A DNA stretch of 63,623 bases, counting the filler, from Octopus bimaculoides (Eukaryota), in the NCBI RefSeq assembly GCF_001194135.2. It is 8 parts of 7 records of this genome, joined end to end, with 100 filler letters (N's around TTAATTAATTAA, not from the genome) between each part and the next. Parts side by side here need not be neighbours in the genome. Positions count along the whole stretch, not along the records: positions 62,019 to 63,623 come from NC_068981.1; 7 more parts are not named here. One strand, 5' to 3'. Shown here one piece after another: positions 61,919 through 63,623 of the stretch (its first letter is position 1; each line of letters begins with the position of its first letter). A program made the translations under genes and the position numbers. Below the pieces are notes generated by a model that was not told where the DNA came from, did no database searches, and saw only the letters and a list, made by a program, of their open reading frames with translations.

Positions 61919-63592
61919 NNNNNNNNNNNNNNNNNNNNNNNNNNNNNNNNNNNNNNNNNNNNTTAATTAATTAANNNNNNNNNNNNNNNNNNNNNNNNNN
62001 NNNNNNNNNNNNNNNNNNATATATATATATATATATATATATATACTAATAAATGAACAGTTTTGTCAATGCTTTCTACATGGTTGACTTAACGGTAAAT
62101 ATTACACAGCTGTCTGCTCAACCAGTCAAATCTGCAGCAGACATTCATGATCAGCAATGTTTTCCTTCCTCTTTATATTTTAGATTAATTTATTTATCAC
62201 AGCGATAGAATCATTTTTACACAGCACTAAGATTTATCATTAATAATGTTGATGCTGTTATTCAAATTATTATAGTTATTCTATATCTTTATCATAATAT
62301 TGTACAACCAGTTTTCACTATTCGTCAGAATAGAATTTCTATTTAGAAATACCGATCATTTATTTATCAATGGTTTTCTTTTCCTTTTACGTCTCTCACA
62401 GAGGACAAGGCATGCTGTTTTTTCGAATCCCTAACTCCCAGATAATATATTCTGTTTGTGTTCATGCTACAGAATTAAAAAAACAAGCAAGTGACGTATA
62501 TATTAAAGAGAAACAAAGATTCAATATTTATCACCAAACAAAATGAGTAACAGAATGTACAGCTAAGAACAATCCAACAATCGTCAGCACGTATACTTTG
62601 AAGAAACAACACTTAGGTTTAATAATATTGAATAGTAATAAGTATTCTTAGGTCTGGGAGTTCTTCAATGATCTTCTTCATTCGAAGCACGTTTCAGTGT
62701 AACAGACTAAGATCTATAATTGAGTTAGTTATCTAAAATATTTATTCATACGTAGCATATCTCAAACGTGACTCATTATAGAATGTGTTGCAATATAATC
62801 TAAGAGGGAAAACAAACAAACAAACAAATCTTCTATAATTTGCTGAAATGTACAATATTTCAAACATTTGTAGCGTAGCATTTTTAGGAAAGTGATATGC
62901 GAGGAATTTATTCATTAACAAATAATCACAACACGACTTAGAGTTTAATGATGTTATCACAGATTTACGCAAAGAATACACTTAAAGAGAAGTCTATTAT
63001 TCGAATAAGAATTCTTTGAATTATACTTTTAAAAATTTCAATATGAGATCGATATAACTACGAGTCTATAATTATTGATTTCAAATTTTGGCACAAGGCC
63101 AGCAAGTTCGGAGGAGGCGTAAGTCGATTATATCGAGCCCAGAGTTCGACTGGTGTTTTTTTATATCAGCCCAGAAAGGATGAAGAGCAAAGGCGATTGC
63201 TACGGTGTACTAACGATTCTGCCAGCTCGGCGTCTTAAGCCTATAATTATTGTAGTGCAAACAGCTCGTGGCCAAGTGGATCGAGGAGAAATCTGGTCAA
63301 AGGTATTTTTCGTTTGTGGACAAAAGAAGTTTTTCAATAGCTATCTCGGAATATACTATATATTTTTTTCTATCTTTTCACCAAGATGCTAGGTGCGGTG
63401 TGAGGGTGAGAGAGGTAAAGATTCTAGCAGCTCGAATAACAGGCAATTAGAGTTTGTCTCCTTGGCTCATTATATATATACATATATATATATGTTCTTT
63501 ATTTCTGAAAGAAATTATACATCCGCTAGTACGGTGTTAAGCACACACTTCATCGTCCGACATTTACCTATATATATATACAAAAATATATG

Positions 63593-63623
<31 letters not shown>

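Noticed and set aside
18972-61974. Regularly recurring TTAATTAATTAA palindrome as a biological motif or array
   Set aside because: It always sits in the middle of an N gap and is an artificial scaffolding spacer.

Overview
This is AT-rich, microsatellite-dense animal genomic DNA from a gapped draft scaffold. From recall of its repeat families it is most likely octopus (inference, not a database hit). The window is mostly intronic or intergenic. It holds dozens of tRNA-derived SINE copies from at least three families, RTE-clade LINE 3' remnants, two decayed Tc1/mariner-superfamily transposons, a Helitron helicase remnant and several MITEs. There is no long intact ORF, rRNA, true tRNA gene or CRISPR array, and almost all ORF-track entries are microsatellite or N-gap artefacts. 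Several short segments have splice signals and open frames consistent with exons of an unidentified split gene or genes. The best are a minus-strand ATG-to-donor exon at 37478-37578 and a plus-strand 76-codon frame at 7987-8216. The most unusual structures are a foldback MITE centred on a (TAACCC)n/(GGGTTA)n palindrome, a near-perfect 69-nt hairpin, a perfect 84-bp inverted duplication that flips half a SINE, a CpG-poor domain at about 25-33 kb, and closely spaced inverted SINE pairs. I found no clear novel multi-gene system. Exon calls were made by eye and need RNA-seq or homology support; repeat boundaries are approximate.
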